A stretch of 64,000 nt of DNA from an uncultured Chloroflexia bacterium (GTDB lineage Bacteria; Chloroflexota; Anaerolineae; JAAYZQ01). Shown piece by piece: positions 50,963 through 60,950 of this stretch (positions are counted from its first letter, which is position 1; every line of letters begins with the position of its first letter). The notes below the pieces were generated by a model. The model was not told where the DNA came from. It saw only the letters and a list, made by a program, of their open reading frames with translations, and did no database searches. The DNA is taken from the NCBI GenBank assembly GCA_963700285.1, contig CAVOXA010000022.1:128001-192000 (forward strand), written 5' to 3'. The position numbers and the translations under genes are program-made.

Positions 50963-51913
50963 ATGCGGGCTAGCGAAGGCTCTACAGTACTCTTGGACCG
51001 GCCCCGGGCGGGCATCCTGTTTATCCTGGGTGGCATTGCGCTCATCTCGGTGCAGGACGTCGTCATCAAGTGGATCAGCGGCGACTATCCCGTCCACGAG
51101 ATCGTCTTTATCCGCAGCCCGATTGCGCTCTTGTTTCTGGTGCCCATCATCTACTTTGAGGGGGGCTTTTCCTCCCTACGCAGCGGGCAGCCCGGCCTCC
51201 AGATCTTGCGCGGCGGCATGATGTTCCTGGCCTATACCTTTTTCTACATGGCCATTGCCGCGCTGCCGCTGGCCGAGGTCGTCGCCCTATCCTTTGTATC
51301 GCCCCTGTTTGTCACGGTGCTGTCGGTGCTGCTGCTTGGCGAAAAGGTCGGGCCGCGGCGGTGGCTGGCCATCGCCGTTGGATTCATCGGCACGGTCATC
51401 ATGCTGCGTCCGGGCACCACTGTCTTTGACCCGGCGGGGCTCATGGTCATCGCCTCCGCCTTTTTCTACGCGAGCACCTCGGTGCTCACCCGCCGCCTGG
51501 GCCGGACCGACAGCGGTTCGTCCATCGCTTTTTATACCACTGTCTTTTACCTGGTGTCCGGCGCTGTGGTGGGGCTGGCCATCGGCCATGGGCGATGGGC
51601 CAGCCAGGGGCATGCCAGCCTTCAATTCCTCCTGCGCCGCTGGGTGGTGCCATCTGGGAGCGACCTGGGCCTGCTGCTCTTCATTGGTTTTACCGCCGGC
51701 GTGGGCTTTTACTTGTTCTCGCAGGCATATCGCGTCACCCGAGCCACGGCCGTCGTCCCCTTTGAGTATATCGCCGTGCCCCTGAGCGTGTTTTGGGGAT
51801 ACCTGATCTGGCGGGATATGCCCGGCCTGCACACCATCATCGGCATTGTGCTGGTCGTGGGCAGCGGCCTGTACGTGCTGTGGCGCGAGTCGGGGACGCC
51901 AGCGTCTGGCTAG
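50963..51913 (+). CDS. DMT/EamA family transporter, tandem paralogue
   Basis: Highly similar to 49804..50778 along its length. Confidence 0.9.
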   Translation: MRASEGSTVLLDRPRAGILFILGGIALISVQDVVIKWISGDYPVHEIVFIRSPIALLFLVPIIYFEGGFSSLRSGQPGLQILRGGMMFLAYTFFYMAIAALPLAEVVALSFVSPLFVTVLSVLLLGEKVGPRRWLAIAVGFIGTVIMLRPGTTVFDPAGLMVIASAFFYASTSVLTRRLGRTDSGSSIAFYTTVFYLVSGAVVGLAIGHGRWASQGHASLQFLLRRWVVPSGSDLGLLLFIGFTAGVGFYLFSQAYRVTRATAVVPFEYIAVPLSVFWGYLIWRDMPGLHTIIGIVLVVGSGLYVLWRESGTPASG

Positions 51914-52021
51914 GCTGCGCTCTGGTCTGATCACGGGCCTGCCCGGAGCCAATTGGGGCTGGCCAGCTCTGAATCACGGAGCCTTGTCTGTCTATGGATC
52001 AGGCTTTCGAAGTCTGGAGTT

Positions 52022-52897
52022 TTAGCCCAGTACCTCTTTGGCCCTGCGCCAGCCGGCTTCCAGGCGCATGTTGAGGACGTCGCGGGAAAAGTCCAGGGTA
52101 TCGCCCAGGGGCTCCTTGGGCTCGATGACATAGTATTCGTAGGCCCTGTACTCCTTGCCCTTTTGGTTGGTGAGTGTCCCCTCGAAAGCCTGCGCCTCCC
52201 GGACGTTGCGGTTGATGCGCTCAAAGGCCTCCAGGTCGGTGACAAAGATCTCGTTGAGCATGATGTCGATGGTCGCGATGCCGATCTCGAGGGCGTTTTT
52301 GAAGGGCTGAGGGCGGGTGGGCGGCTGCCGGCCGCTGCAGTTGATGATCACGATCCGTTCGGGGTCCGAATCGAGCACGTCGCCCAGGGGGCTGAAGTTG
52401 CGGACACCGCCGTCGACCATGTCCTCCTGCTTGGGCGGGACAAAGACCGGCTCAAAAGCCAGGGGGATGGCGGTCGAGGCCAGGAGCGCCTCCATGAAGC
52501 CAGGGTCCTGCGGCCTGTAGCGGTGGTATTGCCCGCTTCGGAGGGAGACGGCGCCGATGCTCAGCTCGGTTTTGACCTCCGCCGGGTTGATCTCTTTCTG
52601 CATCATGGCCCACAAGGGATCGTTGTTGTAGACCGACTTGGCCCCCAGGAGCAGCTTGAAGATGGACCAGAGGTCGAGGCCGCCGGTAAAGACCCGCTCG
52701 GGGGTGATGGTCCGCCAGATATACTCCAGGCGGTCGTACTTTTCCATGGCCATCATGGTCGCGTTGAGGGCTCCCACCGAAATGCCGGCGATGATGTCCC
52801 ACTTGAAGCCCTTGATCTCGCGGGCGTAGGTTTCCGCAGCAAGTTGGAAGGCCCCCTTGGCGCCACCGCCACTCAGTACCAGCGCTGTTTTCGGCAT
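52022..52897 (-). CDS. Patatin-like phospholipase
   Basis: GGGAKG, GISVG, DGG motifs. Confidence 0.92.
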   Translation of the reverse strand: MPKTALVLSGGGAKGAFQLAAETYAREIKGFKWDIIAGISVGALNATMMAMEKYDRLEYIWRTITPERVFTGGLDLWSIFKLLLGAKSVYNNDPLWAMMQKEINPAEVKTELSIGAVSLRSGQYHRYRPQDPGFMEALLASTAIPLAFEPVFVPPKQEDMVDGGVRNFSPLGDVLDSDPERIVIINCSGRQPPTRPQPFKNALEIGIATIDIMLNEIFVTDLEAFERINRNVREAQAFEGTLTNQKGKEYRAYEYYVIEPKEPLGDTLDFSRDVLNMRLEAGWRRAKEVLG

Positions 52898-53498
52898 GAT
52901 CCCCTCCATTCTGTGTATGGCACAGGCCAGTGCGTTGATTCAGCGTATATATGCGGATATTGCGACCATTATACCACATCTTGCCAGAATGTACAAGTAC
53001 GCTGCACAATTCTGTTGTATCCGAAAATCCGTGATGGGAGCCCCGCACGAACGGCAGCAAAGTCGTCAACGCGAGCGTCAGCGCCTGTCCCGAGTATGTC
53101 CCGAGTCCGCGAAGGATCTACCGAGGGAAAGCGATCTCCACTTGTGTAGTTGGGGATTGTTTCGCTCCGGCAAAAAGCGCCTCCGCTCGCAATGACGAGG
53201 TCAGGTGTCATTCCATTTAGAGTGGCGCCCTGTGCCAAGGATCACTCGCAATGACGGATCTGGCCGACAGTGCATGTCAAGGGAGAATGCAACGGCCCGG
53301 CTTGTTCGGGAAAACTGTCGAGGGCGGCACAACCCCGATGTCAGACTTTGTTGCTTGTGCTCTTGCGGATTATGGAGTATAATGTTTGCGCAGAGACTGA
53401 TGCTGTACGAGTACATTGACCCCTTGGCCGGTGATTCAGGTTGCCGCGCCACGCTCTGGGCAAAGGGCTTATGATTCCAACGGGAGAGCGGGAAGACA

Positions 53499-53978
53499 AT
53501 GGTGAGTCACATCTGTATCAATTGTTGTATGAAGACAAAGGTGATCTTGTGCCATCCTGACATGACGGTCAAGGAAGCGGCCGCCCTCATGGCCGAGAAC
53601 AACGTCGGGACGCTGCCAGTGGTTGACGAGGCGTCAAACCTGGTCGGTGTGACTACGATGCGCGACCTCATTCAGATCTTTTTGCCCGATTTTGTTTTCC
53701 TGCTATCGAACATCAACTTTGTCAAAGACTATGGAGAGCTGGGAACGCCTTCGAGCGCGAGCTTGCAGAGGGCGGCGAGGATGTCGGTGGCCGACATCAT
53801 GGAGGCCCCTGTGTCGGTTGAGGAGGATTGCACGCTCATTCGGGCGCTCTCATTCATGGAGAGCTATGGAATACCGGACCTGCCGGTGGTAAGGGAGGGA
53901 AAACTGGTTGGACTGGCCTCGCGCGTGGATATCGGCCGCGCCTTTCTCTCCACCTGGCTGACTGTGCCACCTGACTGA
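53499..53978 (+). CDS. CBS domain-pair protein
   Basis: LPVVD...LVGV and LPVV...LVGL; start may be 53529. Confidence 0.88.
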   Translation: MVSHICINCCMKTKVILCHPDMTVKEAAALMAENNVGTLPVVDEASNLVGVTTMRDLIQIFLPDFVFLLSNINFVKDYGELGTPSSASLQRAARMSVADIMEAPVSVEEDCTLIRALSFMESYGIPDLPVVREGKLVGLASRVDIGRAFLSTWLTVPPD

Positions 53979-53992
53979 ACGGAGGTTCACCG

Positions 53993-55279
53993 ATGGCGCC
54001 CTACGTCGCCACGCTGATCGTGGTTGTGACGCTGGCCCTGATCCTGACGGACAAACTGGACCATACCACGGCCGCTGCGGGGGGAGCGGCGGCCATGATG
54101 ATCGCCGGCCTCGCCCTGGGTTTCTACTCGGAAGAGCAGGCCCTGGACTCGATCCATTTTGGCGCCCTGGGTTTGCTCTTGGGCATGATGATTTTGGTTG
54201 CCATTCTGGCGCCCACGGGCTTTTTTCAGTATATCGCCATCAAGGCCGGACAGTTGTCACGGGGCAACCCCTGGCGGTTGCTGCTGCTGCTGGGTGTCGG
54301 CACCGCCTTTGTTTCCCTCTTTTTCAACAACGTGACCACAGTGGTACTCGTGGGGCCGATCACCATCCTGATCACCGAACTTCTGGGCATTAATCCCATC
54401 CCGATCTTGATGGCCCAGGCGCTGCTCTCTGACACGGCTGACGTGGGAACCTCTGTGGGTGATCCTGCCAGCGTGCTCGTTGCTTCGGCTTCCGGCAACA
54501 CCTTTACTGACTTTCTCACCCACTCGATGCCGATTGTAGCCGTAGCCGTGGTGGTGACGCTCTTGATGTTGCGCATCCTCTTTTCGAAAGAGTTGTCTGA
54601 AGGTCCGGCCAGACCGGAACTGGTCATGACCCTGGATGCCAATGAGGCACTGGAGGATCGCAAGACGGCGCTGCGGGTCTTGGCCGTATTGGCTGTCACC
54701 ATCGTGCTCTTTGTCCTTCAACGGCCCCTGAACCTTAGTTCGGAATTCATCGCCCTGTCTGCCGCGGCCGTGGCTCTGGTCTGGGTTCGACCCAACGTTC
54801 GCGACGTGCTCCTGCGGGTCGACTGGCCCGTGCTCATTTTCTTCGTGGGCCTCTTTGCCATGGTAGGCGGGCTGGACGCCGCGGGGGTGTTTGAACCGAT
54901 TGCCGCGGCTCTGGCGCCCATCGGCCATTCGAATCCCCGGATTCTGGGGGTCATTATCATTTGGGTGGTGGCCGGCCTGTCCGCCCTGGTGGACAATGTG
55001 CCGGTAACCATCGCCATGATCTCCCTGCTGAGTGGGCTGGCCGTTGCTGGTGTGAATGTCAGCGGCCTGTGGTGGGCCGTGGTGTTTGGGGCCGGCTTTG
55101 GGGGAAACGCGACCAAGATAGGTTCGGGCGCCAATATCTTGATCGTGTCGCTCTCCGAGCAGACGAGCACGCCGATTTCGGCTCGAATCTGGAACCGCCG
55201 TGGGCTGCCGGTGGCCATCGCCACCTGCCTGGTGGGCAGTATCCTCTTTGTCCTGTTCTTCGATTGGCTCCAGAGCTAG
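53993..55279 (+). CDS. ArsB/NhaD/CitMHS (ion transporter superfamily) permease
   Basis: LLGMM, NNVTT, VGDP, SALVDNVP, GGNATKIGSGAN. Confidence 0.88.
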   Translation: MAPYVATLIVVVTLALILTDKLDHTTAAAGGAAAMMIAGLALGFYSEEQALDSIHFGALGLLLGMMILVAILAPTGFFQYIAIKAGQLSRGNPWRLLLLLGVGTAFVSLFFNNVTTVVLVGPITILITELLGINPIPILMAQALLSDTADVGTSVGDPASVLVASASGNTFTDFLTHSMPIVAVAVVVTLLMLRILFSKELSEGPARPELVMTLDANEALEDRKTALRVLAVLAVTIVLFVLQRPLNLSSEFIALSAAAVALVWVRPNVRDVLLRVDWPVLIFFVGLFAMVGGLDAAGVFEPIAAALAPIGHSNPRILGVIIIWVVAGLSALVDNVPVTIAMISLLSGLAVAGVNVSGLWWAVVFGAGFGGNATKIGSGANILIVSLSEQTSTPISARIWNRRGLPVAIATCLVGSILFVLFFDWLQS

Positions 55280-55431
55280 TCCGCGCTGGCAGAGGCCCTG
55301 GCGCCCAGGCCCAACGACCGGACGCTGTGCCATCGGCTGGAGACGCGGCGCCCGGTCAATGTCCCTCCCCGGCGCCTTGGCACTCACCCCGGCACAACCG
55401 TGGCGTAGTCAGGCTGGCGCGGGGCTGCCAG

Positions 55432-56673
55432 TCACGGCGTCGTAGCTTCGGGCAGCGCCTGAAGCTCGGGCGCATCGGCGTCCAAGCGCTCCACCTGGCG
55501 GGCGTAGAGCTTGATGCCGGGTGTGGCGCTCAGGCCGTGGGCGAAAATGCTGAGGAGTACGGTGACAGCCACAGCACCAATGATCAATGGCTCGCCTGGG
55601 AGGTACGCCTCGTGTTCCAGGTAGACCATGGCGAGGACGATGGAGGCCAGGCCCCGCGGGCCGAACCAGCCCAGGAATAGGATACTGGCCGCGCTGAGAC
55701 GCGCGCTAATCATCGATATGGCCACCGGAAGCATGCGTACCAGCGTCAGGCTCAGGACGGCATACACGGCCGCGGTTGCGGTGAGGCTGGGCCACCACCG
55801 CATGATGATGAGGCCAAAGAGGAAAAAGATAAAATTGCCGAGCAGGTGCCCTTCCTGGTCGCTGAATTCGGTCAGGCTTTGGTCGGCCCTCCGGAAAGCA
55901 ATCTTGAGCACCAGGCCGGCGGTGAATGCTGCGATAAACGGGCTGGCCCCCACAGGATTGGCCGCGATGTAGCACAAGAGGGGCAGGGCCAGCAGCCCGG
56001 GTTGTTCCAGGGCCGGTCGGGTCCAGCCGCGCTGCTGGAACTTGGCCAGCAGGAATCCACCCACCATTCCGATGGTCAGGCCGACGAGCAGGCCGAAGCC
56101 CAGTTGCTCGACCATGAAACGCAGCAGGACCTGGCCCGCGTGCTCTGCTTGCGCCGTGGCCATGCCGATGAAGAGTAGGAGAAAAGGCACCGAGAGCCCA
56201 TCGTTGAGCCCGGCCTCCACGTTCAGAGACTCGCGGATGCGTAGCGGCACCCGCGGGTTCTTGACCACGGCTTCTCCCAGCCCGGCATCGGTCGGCGCCA
56301 GCAGGGCGGCCAGAATGGCTGCTTCCCAGAATGTAAGCTGGGGGATAACCAGCTTGGCGACGAGGGCGCCCAGGAGGATGGTGAGCGGCATGGCGATGGC
56401 CAGCAGCCGGGCCGGCAGGCTCTCGTTGGCGCGCAGGACGCGCAGGTCGATGCGGGTGGCGTCGACGAACAGGAGCAGGACCAGCGCGATCTCGGCAATT
56501 GTCAAAAAGATCGCGTTTTGTTCCTCCGCCTCAACTGGGGCCGGTGCTACCAGGAACAGCAACATGCCAGCCACCGTGAAGAGCATCGGCGTGCTCAGGA
56601 TCGTGCGTTCCAGCCTCTCCGCGATGAGACTATAGAAAAAGACCACGAGGATGAATCCCAGCGCGATGAGCAT
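55432..56673 (-). CDS. NhaP-type cation:proton antiporter (CPA1)
   Basis: LAPTDAGL, EAGLNDG, WFGPRGLAS, HGLSA; start after AAAGGAG. Confidence 0.9.
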   Translation of the reverse strand: MLIALGFILVVFFYSLIAERLERTILSTPMLFTVAGMLLFLVAPAPVEAEEQNAIFLTIAEIALVLLLFVDATRIDLRVLRANESLPARLLAIAMPLTILLGALVAKLVIPQLTFWEAAILAALLAPTDAGLGEAVVKNPRVPLRIRESLNVEAGLNDGLSVPFLLLFIGMATAQAEHAGQVLLRFMVEQLGFGLLVGLTIGMVGGFLLAKFQQRGWTRPALEQPGLLALPLLCYIAANPVGASPFIAAFTAGLVLKIAFRRADQSLTEFSDQEGHLLGNFIFFLFGLIIMRWWPSLTATAAVYAVLSLTLVRMLPVAISMISARLSAASILFLGWFGPRGLASIVLAMVYLEHEAYLPGEPLIIGAVAVTVLLSIFAHGLSATPGIKLYARQVERLDADAPELQALPEATTP

Positions 56674-56782
56674 GATTGCTCCTTTCTCAAACGCATCGGT
56701 TGGTTGGGACGATGGTGGATTGCACCGCACCTAATAATACTGCATATCTTGCCTGATGCCAAGCCTGTGCTGGTGTACATGA

Positions 56783-58000
56783 TCAGCTATCTCCAGACAA
56801 CGGCTCTGCGATGGCCGTGTAGCCAGGGTTGCGTTCTGTGCTGGCCGGCGCGTCAAGCCTGGGGCCGAGCCGCAGGAGATACCACAGCACCAGCATCAGC
56901 GGGATGCCTACCAATGAGGCAACGAGGGGCAATTCGTGCCCGGGCGTCATGCCGTAGAGCCGGCCTGCCATCCAGGCTGCGACGGCCGGACCCGCGTGCG
57001 CCAACGACTGGAAGAAGCCAAAAGCCTGTCCCTGGTTCTGCTCTTTCACAACCTGGACGATGCCGGTATTCGTGACGATCCATATGGCGGGAATTGCTCC
57101 GAGCAAGAACATGGCCACGCCAGCCCACCCCACCTCCGCCGTCTGCCAGAGCGCGAAATAAGCCAGCCAGGAGAGCACGAGCAGCCCAACAAAGCTCCAT
57201 CGCGGGCTTGTGCGTGCGGCGATAAGGTTAAACACCACGGCTCCCACATAGGAGACCGTGAACAAGAACCCGATCGTCGCCAGGGAGATGCCCCGCGTCT
57301 CTTGCAGGAAACTCGGAAGCAGCATGTAGCCGGTATAGAGCGCAATCATCGTCAATGCAAAGTACCCGGTGAGCAAGAGAAACCGATGGTTCTGAAGCAG
57401 GGCCAATGGGCTCCGCCGCTCCGCGCCGCTGTACGTCGTTGTGGGCTTGGTCAGCAACACGAACCCGATGCCAAGCATGAGGATCCCGGCTGCAATCCAC
57501 AAGTTTGTCCGTATCGCGGTGTTATGGGCAATGATGCCTCCCAGCCACGGAGAGACGATCTGGGCCGCGGGCCAGGCAGCCCAAATCGTCGACAGCGTCC
57601 TTTCCGAGATTCCCGGAATACTCCGATCTGGGACATTGAGCAGTACGAGGCTCATGATTGCCGGAGATGCTGCCGCGGCGCATCGGTAGATGAGCAATCC
57701 CGGTATGGCCGTGTGCCACGACCTGGCAATGGCCATGAGAAGCAACCCCAGGACTCCCAACGCCCAGGCGCCAAGGATGACCCGGCGGGGCCCAATTCGG
57801 TCGCTAAGGAATCCCCCTGGGATCATCACCAGGGCAGCGCAGATGGATTCCAGGGCCAGGGCGGTCCCGATCTGCTCCGGCGTTGCTCCCAGTTCGCCCA
57901 AGTAAATCTGTCGCTGATTGTACCACAAGCCCACGCTGAGTGACCAGACGAACACCGACAGCATCAGGAGCCGGTTGTTTGGCCCAAAGTCTCTGAGCAT
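56783..58000 (-). CDS. MFS transporter
   Basis: GFLSDRIGPRR (motif A); 12-TM pattern. Confidence 0.88.
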   Translation of the reverse strand: MLRDFGPNNRLLMLSVFVWSLSVGLWYNQRQIYLGELGATPEQIGTALALESICAALVMIPGGFLSDRIGPRRVILGAWALGVLGLLLMAIARSWHTAIPGLLIYRCAAAASPAIMSLVLLNVPDRSIPGISERTLSTIWAAWPAAQIVSPWLGGIIAHNTAIRTNLWIAAGILMLGIGFVLLTKPTTTYSGAERRSPLALLQNHRFLLLTGYFALTMIALYTGYMLLPSFLQETRGISLATIGFLFTVSYVGAVVFNLIAARTSPRWSFVGLLVLSWLAYFALWQTAEVGWAGVAMFLLGAIPAIWIVTNTGIVQVVKEQNQGQAFGFFQSLAHAGPAVAAWMAGRLYGMTPGHELPLVASLVGIPLMLVLWYLLRLGPRLDAPASTERNPGYTAIAEPLSGDS

Positions 58001-58508
58001 CCACCACTCCTCCTTGCATCAGATGAGGTACTTGTTCCAGATCCTCTCCAGGGGCCAAGGCAGCGCTTGACAGCCTGGACAGGTGAGCCGGTGCTAGGCC
58101 GGACGCAGGCAGAGTGACGAACCCAAAGCCCCGCCTCACTCGCTCGGTTTGCAGGTCGCTATCCTACCACAGAACGAGAGTTTTGAACACCCTAGCGTAT
58201 GACGCGGGCTAACGCTCTTGACCGGACAGCTCCGTTGTCAGCCGGCGGACCCGATCCGCCTGTGTGGCGAACAATCGGCGCTGTGGGTACTCCTGACCTG
58301 AGTCAGCTAGCCGTGGCAGGCCCCAGGCAGAGCCACTCTCGTGGTCCAGGCGAGCCAGCGTCGGTTCGGCTGTCCCTCTACCGCCTCGCCTGATCGCGAT
58401 AGTGGGCATAGGCCGAGTATCTGGACGAGCCAGATACCGCTGCGGTGTCCATCCCACGGGGATGGCGACCACGAACAGGGCCTGGCGGCCAGCCAAGCCA
58501 GGTCGGCG

Positions 58509-60110
58509 TTAGCCGAGGAAGGGCTGCAGATAGCGCGTGGCGGGCAGAAAGTCCAACCCAGTCAGCACGCGCTGCTGAAAGGCGCTCAACGCTCCCAGTT
58601 GGCTCAAGCGCGAGCCGTCGACAAAGGTCTGGTCGGTGGCGTACAACGGCGCAAACTCGTGCAGCACGCGGTCGACCGACGAAGACAAGTTCGCCTGTCG
58701 GCAGCGCAAGGCCAGCACGGCGCGCAGCAACAAGGCCAGGAAGGTGATGAACACCAAGCCTTCGATGCGCTGGTCGGTGTGCAGAGTACAGAGGCTGTAC
58801 CTGCAACGGGCCTTTGAGCGTCCGGTTCTGTTTCTCCACCCCATCCTGGGCCTTGAACCAGGTCAGGGTCTCGTCTGCGGACAGGTGCGAGGCATTGGTG
58901 CCCAGCAGGTACTTGCCGTCCAGGGCTTGGGCTTGGGCCAAGGCGGCCCGGTCCACGTGAAAGGCCAGAGCTAACTGGCGGTCCGTACCGCTCAACTCCA
59001 CGGCAACCAACCCTTTGGCCGGGTTGCCGCGCTGGGCCAGGGCTACCTGATGGGCCGCGTACTCGCGCCGGATGTAGCGCCCCCGGTTGAGATGGCTACG
59101 GATGTCGGCCAGCCGGTTGAGCAAGGCCTTGAGATGTGCTTTGCGTTTGTCCTCGTCAAGTCGCTGTTTCCCGGCACTCCACACCACCAGCGCCCGGTCC
59201 TCGTAGGTTTCACCTTGGTAGCTGACCGGGAACGGCCGCCACACACCGCGATACGGCACAAAGGGCCGGTCAGCGGGCGGCCGCCGTTTTGGCCGGTAGC
59301 TCAGTTCGTGGCTGGCCAGCTCAGCCTCGCTTACACTGCGCAGCACGGCCTGCACGGTCGTGTTGGCTTCCCAGGGACCGAGGTAGTACAGATGGTGCAG
59401 ATGGGCAGCCGCTACGGCCGCCGGCGTGATCATCTTGCAGTCGCCCACCACCAGACGGGCGAACGGCCAGGGTCGCACATTCCGGCCGGCGCAGGAAAGC
59501 GGAGATAGCCTCCAGGTTGGGTACCGGAGTGGTGGTGTCCCCAGTGGCCCCGTTGAGCAACCGGTAGAGCAGGGGCAGCCGCTCCCGGCTGGTCACATCC
59601 ATCCCCACCTTGACCAGCTTGTTGTCAAAGCGGTTATCACTGCTGCGACCATAGGCGGCCAACTCGCTGTCCTCATACTCGCCTTCCAGGTGAATGGTAG
59701 TGGTGTCCCAGTGCAGGACGCTGAGGTCGACCCCTTCCTGTTGCACCACCCGCGCCGCAATGGCAACCCAGGCCTGTCCCAGAAAGGGGTGCAACTCATC
59801 CAGGGCACGCCCAAAGCGTTGGTCGTACAACTGCTCGGCCTTCAGCCCAAACATGGAAGCCACGACCGTCTGGGCGGCCCACTCCCCAACGTGGCTGAGG
59901 GGTTGGGGAGGCCATGGACCGGTTGAGCGTTAGAACTTCCACCAACCGGCCCAGATCGACGTCGGCTTTGGTCCAGCGCAAGGCATTGATCGTCTCGCGC
60001 ACTTGCATGGCTTCCAACAGCGGGTAGAGAACCGGGATGGCCCCGACCTGACGGGGCGTTGAGTGGCTTGTCGCCGCAGCGACACGGTCGGCCCAGGTAG
60101 TCTCGGACAT
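58509..60110 (-). mobile_element. IS1634-like DDE transposase gene, frameshifted at several points
   Basis: Pieces across frames: LYDQRFGRALD, LHWDTTT..LEG, YGRS.D.R.D, GDCKM, DGKYLLGTN, K.QD.VEK..R.LK, RIEGLVFITFLAL. Element ends not defined. Confidence 0.8.
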
Positions 60111-60700
60111 CGTATCCTCCTCGCGCAAAAGTGTGTGCCGAGGATATGATACACCCGTTTGGCTTGTGCGTCTATTCAGATGGTAACGTACTATTCGCCT
60201 GGCGCGGCGGCCAGCTCTCAGGCTGCCCGCCGATGAACGTTATGTTGTTTCGCATAGACCTGTCGAAAACAGGCTCAGACGGATGTACATTTTCGACCGG
60301 CACAGGGGGCAGCTTGTGGGTAGGGATCTCTTGTGGCTTGCGTTTTTAAGGGGCATGGGGCAATGCAAGCACCGGTTTCAGCATCTTGTCTTTTTCCGTT
60401 CCCTATGCTATTATGCTCCGGTCTGAAATCCGCCCTGTGTCAAAGAGCCGGGCCACCGTAGGCAATTACTTTTTCGTGATTCTGACGCCTGTCATTGCGA
60501 GTTTATCCATGGCGCGTGGCGCCACTGAGAGCGGGATGACACCAGACCTCGTCATCGCGAGGCGGCCACAGGCCGACAGCTTGTCCTGAGGCCGCCGAAG
60601 GGAAGCGATCCCAAACTGCACAGCAGAGACTGCTTCGTCGCTGACGCTCCTCGCAGTGACAGAGTCGATGTCAATAGTGGGAGCGGAGCGACGAAGCACC

Positions 60701-60796
60701 ACCATGCCCGCCATGCCCGCCACGCCCGCCACGCCCGCCACGCGCCCGCCGCGGAGTCCTCGCGGTGGAGTCCTCGCGGTGGAGTCCTCGCGGTGG
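60701..60796. repeat. Short tandem repeats
   Basis: About four CCAYGCCCG units followed by three GGAGTCCTCGCGGT units. Confidence 0.8.
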
Positions 60797-60847
60797 CAGT
60801 TCCCGCTTGTGCGAAGCAGTCGGTTTCTCATGAGTACGTGGAGATTG

Positions 60848-60933
60848 CTTTGCTGCGCTCGCAATGACAGATCGGAAAGAGAGATACAAACTTTGCTGCG
60901 CTCGCAATGACAGATCGGAAAGAGAGATACAAA
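60848..60933. repeat. Perfect 43-nt tandem duplication containing a REP end
   Basis: CTTTGCTGCGCTCGCAATGACAGATCGGAAAGAGAGATACAAA x2. Confidence 0.9.
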
Positions 60934-60950
60934 CTGGAGGGCAAAGGAGC

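Noticed and set aside
58140-60350. Terminal inverted repeats and target duplication of the IS1634-like element
   Set aside because: No convincing matching pair found by eye, so only the transposase extent is reported.
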